Notes: generated by a model not told the origin, from the sequence alone. Counted from the stretch's first letter, positions 35,834 through 45,208 are shown. The stretch is 64,000 nucleotides of DNA from Pseudomonadales bacterium (GCA_024234325.1 JACKOJ010000008.1:35618-99617), one strand, 5' to 3'. Numbers and translations are program-made.

Positions 35834-38440
35834 ATGCGTATTTCGACCCTGTTTGTCGCGATCGTGTTTGCCGTTGTCACGTTTTTTATCTGGGCGCTCA
35901 TCAATCGCCCCACCGAGGTGGTGCCCTGGCCGGCGCAGGTCAGCGGTTTCGCCTTTTCTCCCTTCCAGCGTGGTCAGGATGCCATCTTCAATGTCATGCC
36001 GACGCCGGAAGAAATCCGTTCCGATGTGGCGCTGTTGGCGGACAAGTCCCGCGCGCTGCGCAGCTATTCCAGCCTTGGCAGCCTGGCTGAAATTCCGGCT
36101 TTGGCTCGCGACTATGGCATGAAGGTGACGCAGGGCATCTGGCTGGGCACCGATCCGCTGGTCAATCAGCAAGAGATCGAGGCAGGCATTGCCCTGGCCA
36201 ATCGCTACGACAACATTACGCACGTCATGGTGGGCAATGAAACCTTCCTGCGCGGCGAATTCAGCGTGGCGGATCTCGCCGTGCTGCTCGACCGGGTGAG
36301 GGCGCAGGTGTCCCAGCCCGTGAGCACGGCAGAGCCCTGGCATGTGTGGCTGCGCTACCCGGAGCTGGCCGAGCATGTGGACTTCATCAGCGTGCACATG
36401 CTGCCTTACTGGGAAGGCATTGGCGCCGATGTGGCGGTGGACTACATCATTGAGAAGATGCAGGAGCTGCAGGCGACCTTCCCCGACAAGCCGATCATGA
36501 TCGGCGAAGTGGGTTGGCCCTCCGATGGACGTACCCGTGAAGCGGCCGTTGCCAGCGAGGCGAATGAAGCCCTGTTCCTGCGGCGCTTCCTCTTTCGCGC
36601 GGCCCAGTTGCACTACGACTACTTCCTGATGGAGGCCTTCGATCAACCCTGGAAAGCGCAGAATGAAGGCGGCGTTGGGGCCTACTGGGGAGTGTACGAT
36701 GTTGATCGCAAACCCAAATTCTCGTTTGCCGAACCGATCGTTCGTGTGCCGGACTGGCATGTGCTTGCGGTCATCTCCATTCTGACCTCGGTCATCATGC
36801 TCGGCATCTTCTGTCTCAACAGCAAGACGCTGAAGACCAAGGGGCACGGTCTGTTGGCGCTCGTGGCGTCCGGCACGGCCACGGTGCTGGTCTGGATCAT
36901 CTACGATTATTCCCAGCAGTACCTTACTGTCACCTCGCTGATTGTGGGGGCTCTGCTGGTGATTGGCATGCTCGGAGTCGTGACGATTCTGCTGACGGAG
37001 GCACACGAGTGGGCGGAGGCGCACTGGTATACCGTGCGACGACGCCAGATGCAGCCCGGAAAACTGAACCCGGCGCACATCCCCAAAGTGTCCATTCATG
37101 TGCCTGCCTACAACGAACCGGCAGATATGATGATCGAAACGCTCGACGCGCTGGCGGCGCTAGACTATCCCGATTTCGAGGTGCTGGTGATCGACAACAA
37201 CACCCGCAACGAGGCCGTGTGGCGTCCCGTTCAGGAGCATTGCGAGAAACTGGGTGCCAGGTTCCGCTTTTTCCATGTGTCGCCACTCTCCGGCTTCAAG
37301 GCCGGCGCTCTGAACTTTGCCCTGCGCCATACCCACCCGGATGCCGAGGTCATCGCCGCTATTGACAGCGACTATCAGGTGGAGCCGAGCTGGCTGTCCG
37401 ATCTGGTCGGTGCTTTCGAGAATCCGCGCATGGCCATCGTGCAGTCGCCGCAGGATTACCGCGACCAGGATGCCAACGCCTTCAAGTCCATGTGCTTTGC
37501 CGAATACCGTGGCTTTTTCGAGATTGGCATGGTGACCCGCAACGAACGTAACGCGATCATTCAGCACGGCACCATGACCCTGGTGCGTCGCCGGGTGCTG
37601 GAAGAAGTCGGCGGTTGGGGAGAGTGGTGTATCACCGAAGACGCCGAGCTCGGTCTGCGCATTTTCGAGGCGGGCTATGAGGCCATGTACCTGTCCTACA
37701 GTTATGGCCGCGGACTGATGCCCGACACCTTTATCGACTACAAGAAGCAGCGCTTCCGCTGGGCCTATGGCGCAATGCAGATTCTGCGTCGGCATACCGC
37801 GCAACTGTTCCGTGCCAAGTCGTCCGCACTGACCAATGGCCAGCGCTACCACTTCCTGGCGGGCTGGCTGCCGTGGATTGCCGATGGCTTCAACCTGGTG
37901 TTCAACCTGGCGGCCATCGCGTGGTCGCTGGCGATGATTGTCTCGCCCACGCAGATTGACGCGCCGCTGGTGATGTTCTCGGTACTGCCCTTGTCACTGT
38001 TCGTGTTCAAGCTGTCGAAGATGGTCTACCTCTACCGTTCACGGGTGAAGGCGAATCTGCGTCAGACGCTCGCAGCCGCGATTGCGGGCCTGGCGCTGTC
38101 GCACACCGTAGGGCTGGCGACACTGAAGGGCTTGTTCACGGACAATATGCCGTTTGTGCGCACGCCGAAGCTGGCAAAACCGTCAGCGGTGCTGCAGGCC
38201 CTGGCTGCGGTACGGGAGGAGAGTCTGATGCTGCTCAGCCTGTTGGCGGTGGTGTCGATGCTGCTGCTGGTGCCGCGCGAGTACGGCAGTCCCGACCTGC
38301 GCATCTGGAGCCTGGTATTGCTGATTCAGGCGATTCCCTATGCTGCAGCGGTGTTCGTGTCCTTCGTCAGCGTGTTTCGCTGGCCGGCGCGCCTGCTGGG
38401 GGGCAGCATCAAGCGCAATCTGCATGTGCGGCAGGCCTGA
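35834..38440 (+). CDS. ndvB: Bifunctional membrane glucan synthase, GH17 domain plus GT2 domain (NdvB-like cyclic/periplasmic beta-1,3-glucan synthase)
   Basis: GH17 catalytic contexts MVGNETF and IGEVGWPS. GT2 motifs VSIHVPAYNEP, IDSDY and KKQRFRWAYG. Multiple TM segments. Start trimmed to MRISTLFVAIVF. Confidence 0.8.
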   Translation: MRISTLFVAIVFAVVTFFIWALINRPTEVVPWPAQVSGFAFSPFQRGQDAIFNVMPTPEEIRSDVALLADKSRALRSYSSLGSLAEIPALARDYGMKVTQGIWLGTDPLVNQQEIEAGIALANRYDNITHVMVGNETFLRGEFSVADLAVLLDRVRAQVSQPVSTAEPWHVWLRYPELAEHVDFISVHMLPYWEGIGADVAVDYIIEKMQELQATFPDKPIMIGEVGWPSDGRTREAAVASEANEALFLRRFLFRAAQLHYDYFLMEAFDQPWKAQNEGGVGAYWGVYDVDRKPKFSFAEPIVRVPDWHVLAVISILTSVIMLGIFCLNSKTLKTKGHGLLALVASGTATVLVWIIYDYSQQYLTVTSLIVGALLVIGMLGVVTILLTEAHEWAEAHWYTVRRRQMQPGKLNPAHIPKVSIHVPAYNEPADMMIETLDALAALDYPDFEVLVIDNNTRNEAVWRPVQEHCEKLGARFRFFHVSPLSGFKAGALNFALRHTHPDAEVIAAIDSDYQVEPSWLSDLVGAFENPRMAIVQSPQDYRDQDANAFKSMCFAEYRGFFEIGMVTRNERNAIIQHGTMTLVRRRVLEEVGGWGEWCITEDAELGLRIFEAGYEAMYLSYSYGRGLMPDTFIDYKKQRFRWAYGAMQILRRHTAQLFRAKSSALTNGQRYHFLAGWLPWIADGFNLVFNLAAIAWSLAMIVSPTQIDAPLVMFSVLPLSLFVFKLSKMVYLYRSRVKANLRQTLAAAIAGLALSHTVGLATLKGLFTDNMPFVRTPKLAKPSAVLQALAAVREESLMLLSLLAVVSMLLLVPREYGSPDLRIWSLVLLIQAIPYAAAVFVSFVSVFRWPARLLGGSIKRNLHVRQA

Positions 38441-38454
38441 TACGTATAAGGTCG

Positions 38455-38486
38455 TGTAGGAGCCTGGCTGCAGGCTGGCTCCTACA
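38455..38486. repeat. REP-like palindrome/terminator hairpin between convergent genes
   Basis: TGTAGGAGCC...GGCTCCTACA has 10-bp perfect arms. It resembles Pseudomonas-type TGTAGGAGC REP words and overlaps the NRAMP stop codon. Confidence 0.5.
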
Positions 38487-39714
38487 ACGTGGTGATCCAC
38501 CACACGATATAGCCGGCAGCAAACGCCGTCAGGTAGATCAGCCCCACCCAAGCCAGCGCGTTCATGCCTCGCGAGATGTGCGTCTTGCGCACCAGGTCGA
38601 AGTTCAGCCAGGCGAAGAAGGGCGTGGTGATGAAGGCCAGCGTCATCGCGAAGCCGAGCATCGGCGCCAGTGCACTCTGGAAGAACAGGATGATCGCCAT
38701 GCCCGTCAGCGCCTGTGCCACAATCCAGGCGTTCAGCGTCCAGCGCTTCGGCTCCTCCTTTGTGTTGCGCAGCAGATGGAAGGCATCGTCCAGGGTGCGG
38801 GCGTAGCCATCCATCACCGCCAGGGTCGTACCGAACATGCACATGAAGGCAATCGCCGCCACCAGATAACGTGCCCAGTCCCCGATGGTGGCCGCGTACA
38901 TCGACACCAGTTGCTGCGCGAAGGCGGCGCTCGCCAGCGCGATCTCCTGGTTGGAGCCATGCTGAACAAGCGCCCCCAGAGCCAGGAACACCACCGCCAG
39001 CAATACCGCCACTCCATAGCCCACGTTGAAGTCAAACAGCGCATCCGACAGGTTCACCGTCGTCAGGCGCTGTTTCGAGCGCATCCACAGGGAGCTGATC
39101 GCCGAGATCTCGATGGGCACCGGCATCCAGCCGATCATTGCCACCAGAAAGGCCAGTGCCGAGAGCTGCCAGGGGGACGGGCTGACAAAATCCGGCGGCA
39201 CGGCGGGGCCACGCTGCCAGGCGATGATCACGGCAAAAATCGTGGTCACGGTGAGCACGAACATGATCAGTTTGGACAGGCTGTCCAGCAGCTTGTAATG
39301 GCCAGCCAGCAGAATGAACAGGCACAGCACCAGCAGCAACCAGCACAGCGTGGTCAGCGACAATTGCCACGGAATGAAGTACTGCAGCAGGCTGGCGGTG
39401 AGGATCAATACGCCTGCCGTGTTGACGACGGCAGCCACCACGTTGAGTGCGGTGAAGCCGATGAGTGTCCAGCGGCCCTTGCGCAGGTAGCCGTGAATCA
39501 GGCTTTCGTTTTCCCGCAGCGTGTACTGCACCCCGAAGCGGAAGAACGGGTATTTCAGCAGGTTCACCAGCAGAATCAGCCACAGCAGTTGCCAACCGAA
39601 CAGGGCACCGGCCTGGGTGGACGCCACGAGGTGGGACCCGCCCACGGCGGCCGAAGACATGACCAGGCCGGGGCCCATTGCCCGCCAGCGGGACTTCAAT
39701 TGCGTTTTTTCCAT
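38482..39714 (-). CDS. NRAMP-family divalent metal cation transporter
   Basis: About 410 aa, 11-12 TM segments, N-terminal GPGLVMSSAAVGGSHL motif. Start trimmed to MEKTQLK. Confidence 0.85.
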   Translation of the reverse strand: MEKTQLKSRWRAMGPGLVMSSAAVGGSHLVASTQAGALFGWQLLWLILLVNLLKYPFFRFGVQYTLRENESLIHGYLRKGRWTLIGFTALNVVAAVVNTAGVLILTASLLQYFIPWQLSLTTLCWLLLVLCLFILLAGHYKLLDSLSKLIMFVLTVTTIFAVIIAWQRGPAVPPDFVSPSPWQLSALAFLVAMIGWMPVPIEISAISSLWMRSKQRLTTVNLSDALFDFNVGYGVAVLLAVVFLALGALVQHGSNQEIALASAAFAQQLVSMYAATIGDWARYLVAAIAFMCMFGTTLAVMDGYARTLDDAFHLLRNTKEEPKRWTLNAWIVAQALTGMAIILFFQSALAPMLGFAMTLAFITTPFFAWLNFDLVRKTHISRGMNALAWVGLIYLTAFAAGYIVWWITTL

Positions 39715-39810
39715 GAGTGCCTGTTCTTCTTGTGTTGTGCGGCCTGTGGCCGGGGGGAAGGCGTCAGCGCGCATCATACAGGGCGCGGCGTACGGGACTC
39801 AAGGCAGGCC

Positions 39811-40410
39811 CTAGCGGTAGGAGCGCTCCCGGAACCACAGATTGCAGGCCCATTTTTCGCCTTCCTGCACCGGCATGCCGCCGTGCAGGCTGTGGGGGTG
39901 GCGCACGCTGCTGCCCAGCAGGCAATTATGAAAGACCAGCAGGCTCCCCTTGCGCGCGGCGACTTCCAGTTTCAATTTGGGAAACGTGGTACCTCCACCG
40001 GCAGGCACGTCGTTCAGATAGAACAGGCAGGTCACCAGCCGTTGCCCGCCGCGTTTCATGCAGCGTATGCCGGCTTCCGAATCTGCCTCCCAGGCATCGA
40101 AATGGGGGGCGTACTCCTGGGTGTTGCCGTAGTGGATGAGCTGCAGGGATTCCGCATTGTCGAGAGGCTGCCCGACCAGGGCGCTGGTGCGCTCGCAGAC
40201 GCCGGCAATCACGCTGTCATGACGATGGGGAATCCAGCAGTTGCGCCCGGTGCGCCCCTTGCTGACGACGCCTTCCGCGGGGCCGGTGACCAGTGCCTGC
40301 TCCAGCAGGTGTTCGCCCGCAAGACGAATGTGGGCAATCTCCTCATCGCTCAGATAGTTTTCGATGAGATAGACAATGGGATCGGTACGAAGCAGGTGGG
40401 TGGTTTGCAT
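39811..40410 (-). CDS. 2-oxoglutarate/Fe(II)-dependent oxygenase, prolyl 4-hydroxylase-like
   Basis: H-x-D in PHFDAW, distal His in LHGGMPV, and R..LxxF pattern. Start trimmed to MQTTHLL. Confidence 0.8.
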   Translation of the reverse strand: MQTTHLLRTDPIVYLIENYLSDEEIAHIRLAGEHLLEQALVTGPAEGVVSKGRTGRNCWIPHRHDSVIAGVCERTSALVGQPLDNAESLQLIHYGNTQEYAPHFDAWEADSEAGIRCMKRGGQRLVTCLFYLNDVPAGGGTTFPKLKLEVAARKGSLLVFHNCLLGSSVRHPHSLHGGMPVQEGEKWACNLWFRERSYR

Positions 40411-40543
40411 GCAGGCAAGTCTATCGCCTCGCGCGGCATCCGGCCAGATGGCAATCATGAGACTTGGCGCGGCGCCCGCGCTTCATTACCCTATGCGCTC
40501 TGATGAGCACTGCACCTTGCAGTGCATGCCCCTGAGAACGCCA

Positions 40544-41473
40544 ATGTCCGATACCCGCACCGCCTGGCTGCAAATCCATCTCTGTGTGTTTCTGTGGGGC
40601 TTCACGGCGGTGCTCGGCCGTTTGATCAGCATACCGGCCCTGAGCCTGGTGATGTGGCGCATGGCGGTAGTGGCCGTGCTGCTGTTCTGTCTGCCCCAGG
40701 TCTGGCGTGGTGTGCGCGGCCTCAGCAGACGGCATTTCTGGGCGTTCTGTGGTGTCGGTGTGCTGGTCGCCCTGCACTGGCTGAGTTTTTACGGGGCCGT
40801 CAAACTGGCCAATGCCTCGGTGGCAGCAACCTGCATGGCGACGATCCCGATTTTCCTGTGCGTCATTGAGCCCATGGTCACGGGGCGTCCCTTTGCTCCC
40901 CGCGAGCTTTTGCTTGGCCTGCTTGTCCTGCCCGGCATCGCGCTGGTCGTGGGAGGCACTCCGGAGGAAATGAATGCGGGGGTGTGGACCGGAATTCTGT
41001 CTGCTTTCCTCGCGGCCCTGTTTGGGGCCTACAACAAGCGCCTGATCCATCGCACGGACGCGCTCAGTGCCACGGCGCTGGAAATGCTCAGTGGCGGCCT
41101 TCTGGTGCTGCTTGTGAGCGTGCTGCTTGCCCTGGGGCCGCAGAGTGCGGGTGACGGTGCCATCCTGCCTGCGACCGGGGATCTGTTTCGGATTCCCGGC
41201 GCACAGGACAGGGTGTATCTGGGGCTGCTGGCGGTGCTGTGCACGCTGTTGCCCTTTGCCCTTTCCCTGCGGGCGCTGCGACATCTCTCCGCCTATGCGT
41301 CGGCGCTGGCAGTGAACCTGGAGCCTCTCTACGCCATGGCCTTTGCCATTGTGCTTCTTGGTGAGCAGAGAGAGCTGGGGCTTGCCTTCTATGCCGGGGC
41401 TGCCATTATTCTGGGCGTGGTGTTTGTCTATCCGCTGATATTCCGGCCGCGGGCACCCGCGACCATCGTTTAG
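40544..41473 (+). CDS. EamA/DMT-family transporter
   Basis: 10 predicted TM segments and a duplicated EamA-like architecture. Start trimmed to MSDTRTAWLQIHL. Confidence 0.8.
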   Translation: MSDTRTAWLQIHLCVFLWGFTAVLGRLISIPALSLVMWRMAVVAVLLFCLPQVWRGVRGLSRRHFWAFCGVGVLVALHWLSFYGAVKLANASVAATCMATIPIFLCVIEPMVTGRPFAPRELLLGLLVLPGIALVVGGTPEEMNAGVWTGILSAFLAALFGAYNKRLIHRTDALSATALEMLSGGLLVLLVSVLLALGPQSAGDGAILPATGDLFRIPGAQDRVYLGLLAVLCTLLPFALSLRALRHLSAYASALAVNLEPLYAMAFAIVLLGEQRELGLAFYAGAAIILGVVFVYPLIFRPRAPATIV

Positions 41474-41494
41474 GACAAGTAGAGATCAATCGAT

Positions 41495-41788
41495 ATGAGT
41501 AAAGACACATTGTTCGCCGAAATGCTGGACGAGGAGGCATCCGTCCTGGAAATTGCCCGGGCCATGACCCGGCAGTATCCCGAGGAGGGGGAGCCTGCAA
41601 TCCGTGCCTGGATTAGTGACAAGGCCTTGTCAATGGCGGGCGACGGAGAGCTGGGTTTCTATCTGGACGAGTTCGGTGCCCGCGATACCCTGGAATGCGA
41701 CGAGGACGAAGCACGTGAGCACATGGCAGCGGACGAGGTGTGGTCGGTAGACAGCGAGACCATGCTGCACGTTTTTCCGCTCGACTGA
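41495..41788 (+). CDS. Small, highly acidic hypothetical protein (97 aa)
   Basis: The ORF fills the gap and is on the same strand as its neighbours. No recognisable motif and a weak RBS. Confidence 0.45.
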   Translation: MSKDTLFAEMLDEEASVLEIARAMTRQYPEEGEPAIRAWISDKALSMAGDGELGFYLDEFGARDTLECDEDEAREHMAADEVWSVDSETMLHVFPLD

Positions 41789-41909
41789 GGACGTTATGCA
41801 TGCGCCAGGCAGGCGTTCGCGGGTTTGAGCTTGCCGGCATTTCACCGTATGATCAGCCACCCGCAAGACTCGGTAAATCAGCACGCAAGACAGGAATGAA
41901 AGAGACATC

Positions 41910-42608
41910 ATGGGCGCACAGTGGAAAGCAAAACATAAAGAGATTGCCGCCAACGTCAAGGGGCGCATCTTCACCAAACTGACCAAGGAAATCATGGTCG
42001 CAGCGCGCAACGGCGCCGACCCGGACATGAACCCGCGCCTGCGTCTGGCAGTGGAGCAGGCCAAGAAGGCCTCCATGCCCCGCGACACACTGGAGCGCGC
42101 GATCAAGAAGGGAGCGGGCCTGCTGGACGACCCGGTGAACTTCGAGAAACTGACCTACGAGGGGTTTGCCCCTCATCAGGTGCCTGTAATCGTGGAATGC
42201 CTCACGGACAATGCCAACCGGACCTACTCCAGCATGCGGGTACTGTTCCGCAAGGGGCAGCTTGGCACCTCCGGCTCTGTCTCCTGGGACTTCGATTACC
42301 TCGGCATGATAGAGGCCGTGCCCACCAGTGCCGATGCCGATCCGGACCTGGCGGCGATCGAGGCCGGTGCCCAGGACCTGGAGCCAGCAGAAGAGGGCGC
42401 GACCCTGTTTCTGACCGAACCCACAGATCTGGACGCGGTGTGCAAGGCGCTGCCGCAATACGGTTTCACCGTGGAGTCCGCCAAACTGGGCTACCGCCCC
42501 AAGAATCCTGTTACCCTGGACGACGCGGCGCGCGAAGAGGTGGAAGCCTTCCTGGATGCCATCGATGAAGACGACGATGTGCAGACGGTGTATGTAGGGC
42601 TCGATTGA
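41910..42608 (+). CDS. YebC/PmpR-family transcriptional regulator
   Basis: [20 protein letters not shown]...[16 protein letters not shown]. 232 aa. Confidence 0.9.
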   Translation: MGAQWKAKHKEIAANVKGRIFTKLTKEIMVAARNGADPDMNPRLRLAVEQAKKASMPRDTLERAIKKGAGLLDDPVNFEKLTYEGFAPHQVPVIVECLTDNANRTYSSMRVLFRKGQLGTSGSVSWDFDYLGMIEAVPTSADADPDLAAIEAGAQDLEPAEEGATLFLTEPTDLDAVCKALPQYGFTVESAKLGYRPKNPVTLDDAAREEVEAFLDAIDEDDDVQTVYVGLD

Positions 42609-42708
42609 TACATAAAAATTATCAATACTGAGAAAATAATTTGAAATTGAGATTGCTGGGGCGGTGTGACATACTGAACACCGTCAATCAAGCATGGAAA
42701 GGAGTTAA

Positions 42709-43182
42709 TTGATGACCAAGATCGACATCGGAATCAAAGAAGCGGACAGACTGAAAATTGCAGACGGCCTCAAGCGCCTGCTGGCCGATTCCTACACTCT
42801 TTATTTGCAGACGCACAATTTCCACTGGAACGTGACCGGCCCGCAATTCCGTGAGCTGCACCTGATGTTTGAAGAGCAGTACACCGAAATGGCGGTAGCG
42901 GTGGATGACATTGCGGAGCGCATCCGTACGCTCGACGTTCCGGCACCGGGGACCTACAAGGAATTCGTCACCCTCAGCTCCATCAAGGAAGTGGACGGCG
43001 TGCCCGAGGGCAAGAAGATGGTGGACATCCTGACCCAGGGCCATGAGATGGTGGTGAAGACCTGCCGCGACGTGCTCAAACTGGCACAGGACGGCGACGA
43101 CGAATCCACGTCTGCTCTGGTGTCCGACCGCATGCGTCTGCACGAGAAAACGGCCTGGATGCTGCGCGCGCTGAACAAGTAA
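42709..43182 (+). CDS. dps: DNA starvation/stationary-phase protection protein (Dps ferritin-like)
   Basis: [26 protein letters not shown] ferroxidase-site context. 157 aa. AT-rich upstream region. Confidence 0.9.
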   Translation: MMTKIDIGIKEADRLKIADGLKRLLADSYTLYLQTHNFHWNVTGPQFRELHLMFEEQYTEMAVAVDDIAERIRTLDVPAPGTYKEFVTLSSIKEVDGVPEGKKMVDILTQGHEMVVKTCRDVLKLAQDGDDESTSALVSDRMRLHEKTAWMLRALNK

Positions 43183-43271
43183 GGGTGCTAGGACTCATCC
43201 GGTAAGGTCCATTCATCAACGGTCCGCCTTCGGGCGACGGGGTCGCTGCCCCGTGCAATGGGCTTCACGGC

Positions 43272-44867
43272 ATGACGGAACAACCCCAGGAACAAAGCAG
43301 CAATCAGAACAGGCCGTCCCGCTCGCGGGGCGGCCTGCTTCGTTCCAGCCTCGTCACCGGCAGCATGACCATGGTGTCGCGCGTGCTGGGCCTTGCCCGC
43401 GACGTGGTGCTGGCACGCATGTTCGGCCCCGGCGATGGGACGGATGCCTTTTTCCTCGCTTTCAAGATTCCCAATTTTCTGCGTCGCCTCTTCGCCGAAG
43501 GCGCATTCAACCAGGCCTTTGTGCCGGTGCTTTCGGAGTATCGCACTACCCGCCTGCATGAAGAGGTGAAGGAGCTGGTGGACAGCGTGGCGGGCAGCCT
43601 CAGCAGCGTGCTGATGCTGCTGACTATCGTTGTCATCATAGCCGCGCCGCTGATTTCAGTGCCCATTGCCTACGGTTTCCGCGAAGAGCCGGCGAAATTT
43701 GCGCTGTTTGTGGACATGCTGCGCATCACCTTTCCCTATTTGTTGCTGATTTCCCTGACGGCGTTTGCCAGTTCGATTCTGAACAGCTACGACCGCTTTG
43801 CGATTCCGGCCCTGACACCGGCCCTGCTCAATATTTCGCTGATTGCCTCGGCGCTGTTTCTCAGTCCCTATATGGCGCAGCCGGAGGTGGCACTGGCCTG
43901 GGGCGTGCTGATTGCCGGGGTGTGCCAACTGGTGTTCCAGTTGCCCTATCTTGCACGCCTGCGTCTGCTGCCGATCCCCAAACTCCGGCCGCAGCACGAG
44001 GGCGTGCAACGGGTCATGAAACTGATGATTCCCGCGCTGTTTGGCGTGTCGGTCAGCCAGATCAACCTGTTGCTGGATACCTTCATTGCCTCACTGCTGG
44101 TCTCTGGCAGTGTATCCTGGCTCTATTTCTCCGACCGCCTGGTGGAACTGCCGCTAGGGATATTCGGCATCGCGATTGCGACCGTGGTGCTGCCGAACCT
44201 GTCACGCAAGTATGCGGACGGGGCCGATAGTGGTTTCTCCGTCACCCTGGACTGGGCGCTGCGCATGATCATGCTGATCGCGGTGCCCGCCAGTCTGGCG
44301 CTGATCCTGCTTTCCCAGCCGCTGATCGTGACGCTGTTCCAGGGGCAGAATTTCACGGCTACCGACGTCAGCAAGGTCACCACCAGCCTGCAGGCATACA
44401 CCCTGGGGCTGCTGGCCTTCATGGCGATCAAGGTGCTGGCACCGGGTTATTATTCGCGCCAGGATACGTCCACGCCGGTGCGCATCGGCGTCATCGCGAT
44501 GGTCAGCAATATGGTGATGAACCTGATGCTGGTCTTTGTGTTTGATCTGGCGCACACCGGCCTCGCGCTGGCGACCTCGCTGGCGGCCATGCTGAACGCG
44601 GGCCTGCTGCTGAGAGGACTGCTGCTCAAGGGCATCTTCCGTTTCCAGACGGGCTGGCTCGTATTTCTGGCGCGTATGCTCGTGGGCAATGTGCTCATGG
44701 GGCTGTTCCTGTGGTGGCTGGCGGGTGACTGGCAGCAGTGGCTGGACTGGAGCACGTGGCACCGGATTCAGGAGATGGCGATCCTCACGATCGGGGGCTT
44801 TGTACTCTATTGCGTGGGGCTGGCTGCGACCGGCATGCGCTTGCGGCATATTCGTGGGCATGTTTGA
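43272..44867 (+). CDS. murJ: Lipid II flippase MurJ/MviN
   Basis: SRVLGLARDVVLARMFG...FFLAFKIPNFLRRLFAEGAF. 531 aa, multi-TM. Confidence 0.92.
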   Translation: MTEQPQEQSSNQNRPSRSRGGLLRSSLVTGSMTMVSRVLGLARDVVLARMFGPGDGTDAFFLAFKIPNFLRRLFAEGAFNQAFVPVLSEYRTTRLHEEVKELVDSVAGSLSSVLMLLTIVVIIAAPLISVPIAYGFREEPAKFALFVDMLRITFPYLLLISLTAFASSILNSYDRFAIPALTPALLNISLIASALFLSPYMAQPEVALAWGVLIAGVCQLVFQLPYLARLRLLPIPKLRPQHEGVQRVMKLMIPALFGVSVSQINLLLDTFIASLLVSGSVSWLYFSDRLVELPLGIFGIAIATVVLPNLSRKYADGADSGFSVTLDWALRMIMLIAVPASLALILLSQPLIVTLFQGQNFTATDVSKVTTSLQAYTLGLLAFMAIKVLAPGYYSRQDTSTPVRIGVIAMVSNMVMNLMLVFVFDLAHTGLALATSLAAMLNAGLLLRGLLLKGIFRFQTGWLVFLARMLVGNVLMGLFLWWLAGDWQQWLDWSTWHRIQEMAILTIGGFVLYCVGLAATGMRLRHIRGHV

Positions 44868-44900
44868 TTCGTGCCTCAGTGTTGATGTGCTTCGTAGTAC

Positions 44901-45019
44901 GCCCCGAGTGGGAGGAGTGGCAGTCAGGACACGCCAAAAAGCGCACATCCATGTGCGGGCTCGGGGTCGCGCCATCCAGGCGCTCTACGGTCCTGCCAGC
45001 CACTCCTCCCACCCGGGGC
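44901..45019. repeat. Structured repeat copy A (about 119 nt, long hairpin)
   Basis: Arms 44902-44921 / 44999-45018 pair at 19 of 20 positions. They enclose a 67-nt core (44927-44993) shared with copy B. Confidence 0.6.
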
Positions 45020-45101
45020 TGACATGGTTGCCAGCGAATTCGCTTGTCTGGTTGTGGAACGAATGTGTTGCAGAACAAATTTGGCAGGGAACGAGAGCCG
45101 T

Positions 45102-45208
45102 GTAGCAGGCTTGATCGTGGCGGAGCGTCTGGCGCCAGGGACGGCGCCTGCCGAGCCTTCACAGGGATGTGAGCTTTTTGGCGTCTCCGACACGATCAAG
45201 CCTGCTGC
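45102..45208. repeat. Structured repeat copy B (about 107 nt, inverted relative to A)
   Basis: Arms 45104-45119 / 45191-45206 form 16 perfect pairs, plus extension. The reverse complement of the core 45122-45188 matches the first 38 nt of the copy A core at 33 of 38 positions. Confidence 0.6.

Noticed and set aside
38578-40503. 641-aa plus-strand ORF running antisense through the NRAMP and prolyl-hydroxylase-like genes and their spacer
   Set aside because: Its composition is dominated by R/H/Q/G/A with no motif. The two minus-strand genes have clear family signatures. A long open antisense frame is expected at this GC content.
42609-42708. AT-rich dps upstream region, examined for Fur and OxyR sites
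   Set aside because: Only about 9 of 19 matches to the Fur consensus, and no clear OxyR tetranucleotide pattern. I call it generic promoter DNA only.
44901-45208. Interpretation of the two hairpin elements as integron attC sites or a MITE
   Set aside because: No GTTRRRY / RYYYAAC core sites at the hairpin ends and no integrase nearby. A MITE would have conserved terminal inverted repeats and direct target duplications, whereas here the arms differ completely between copies.
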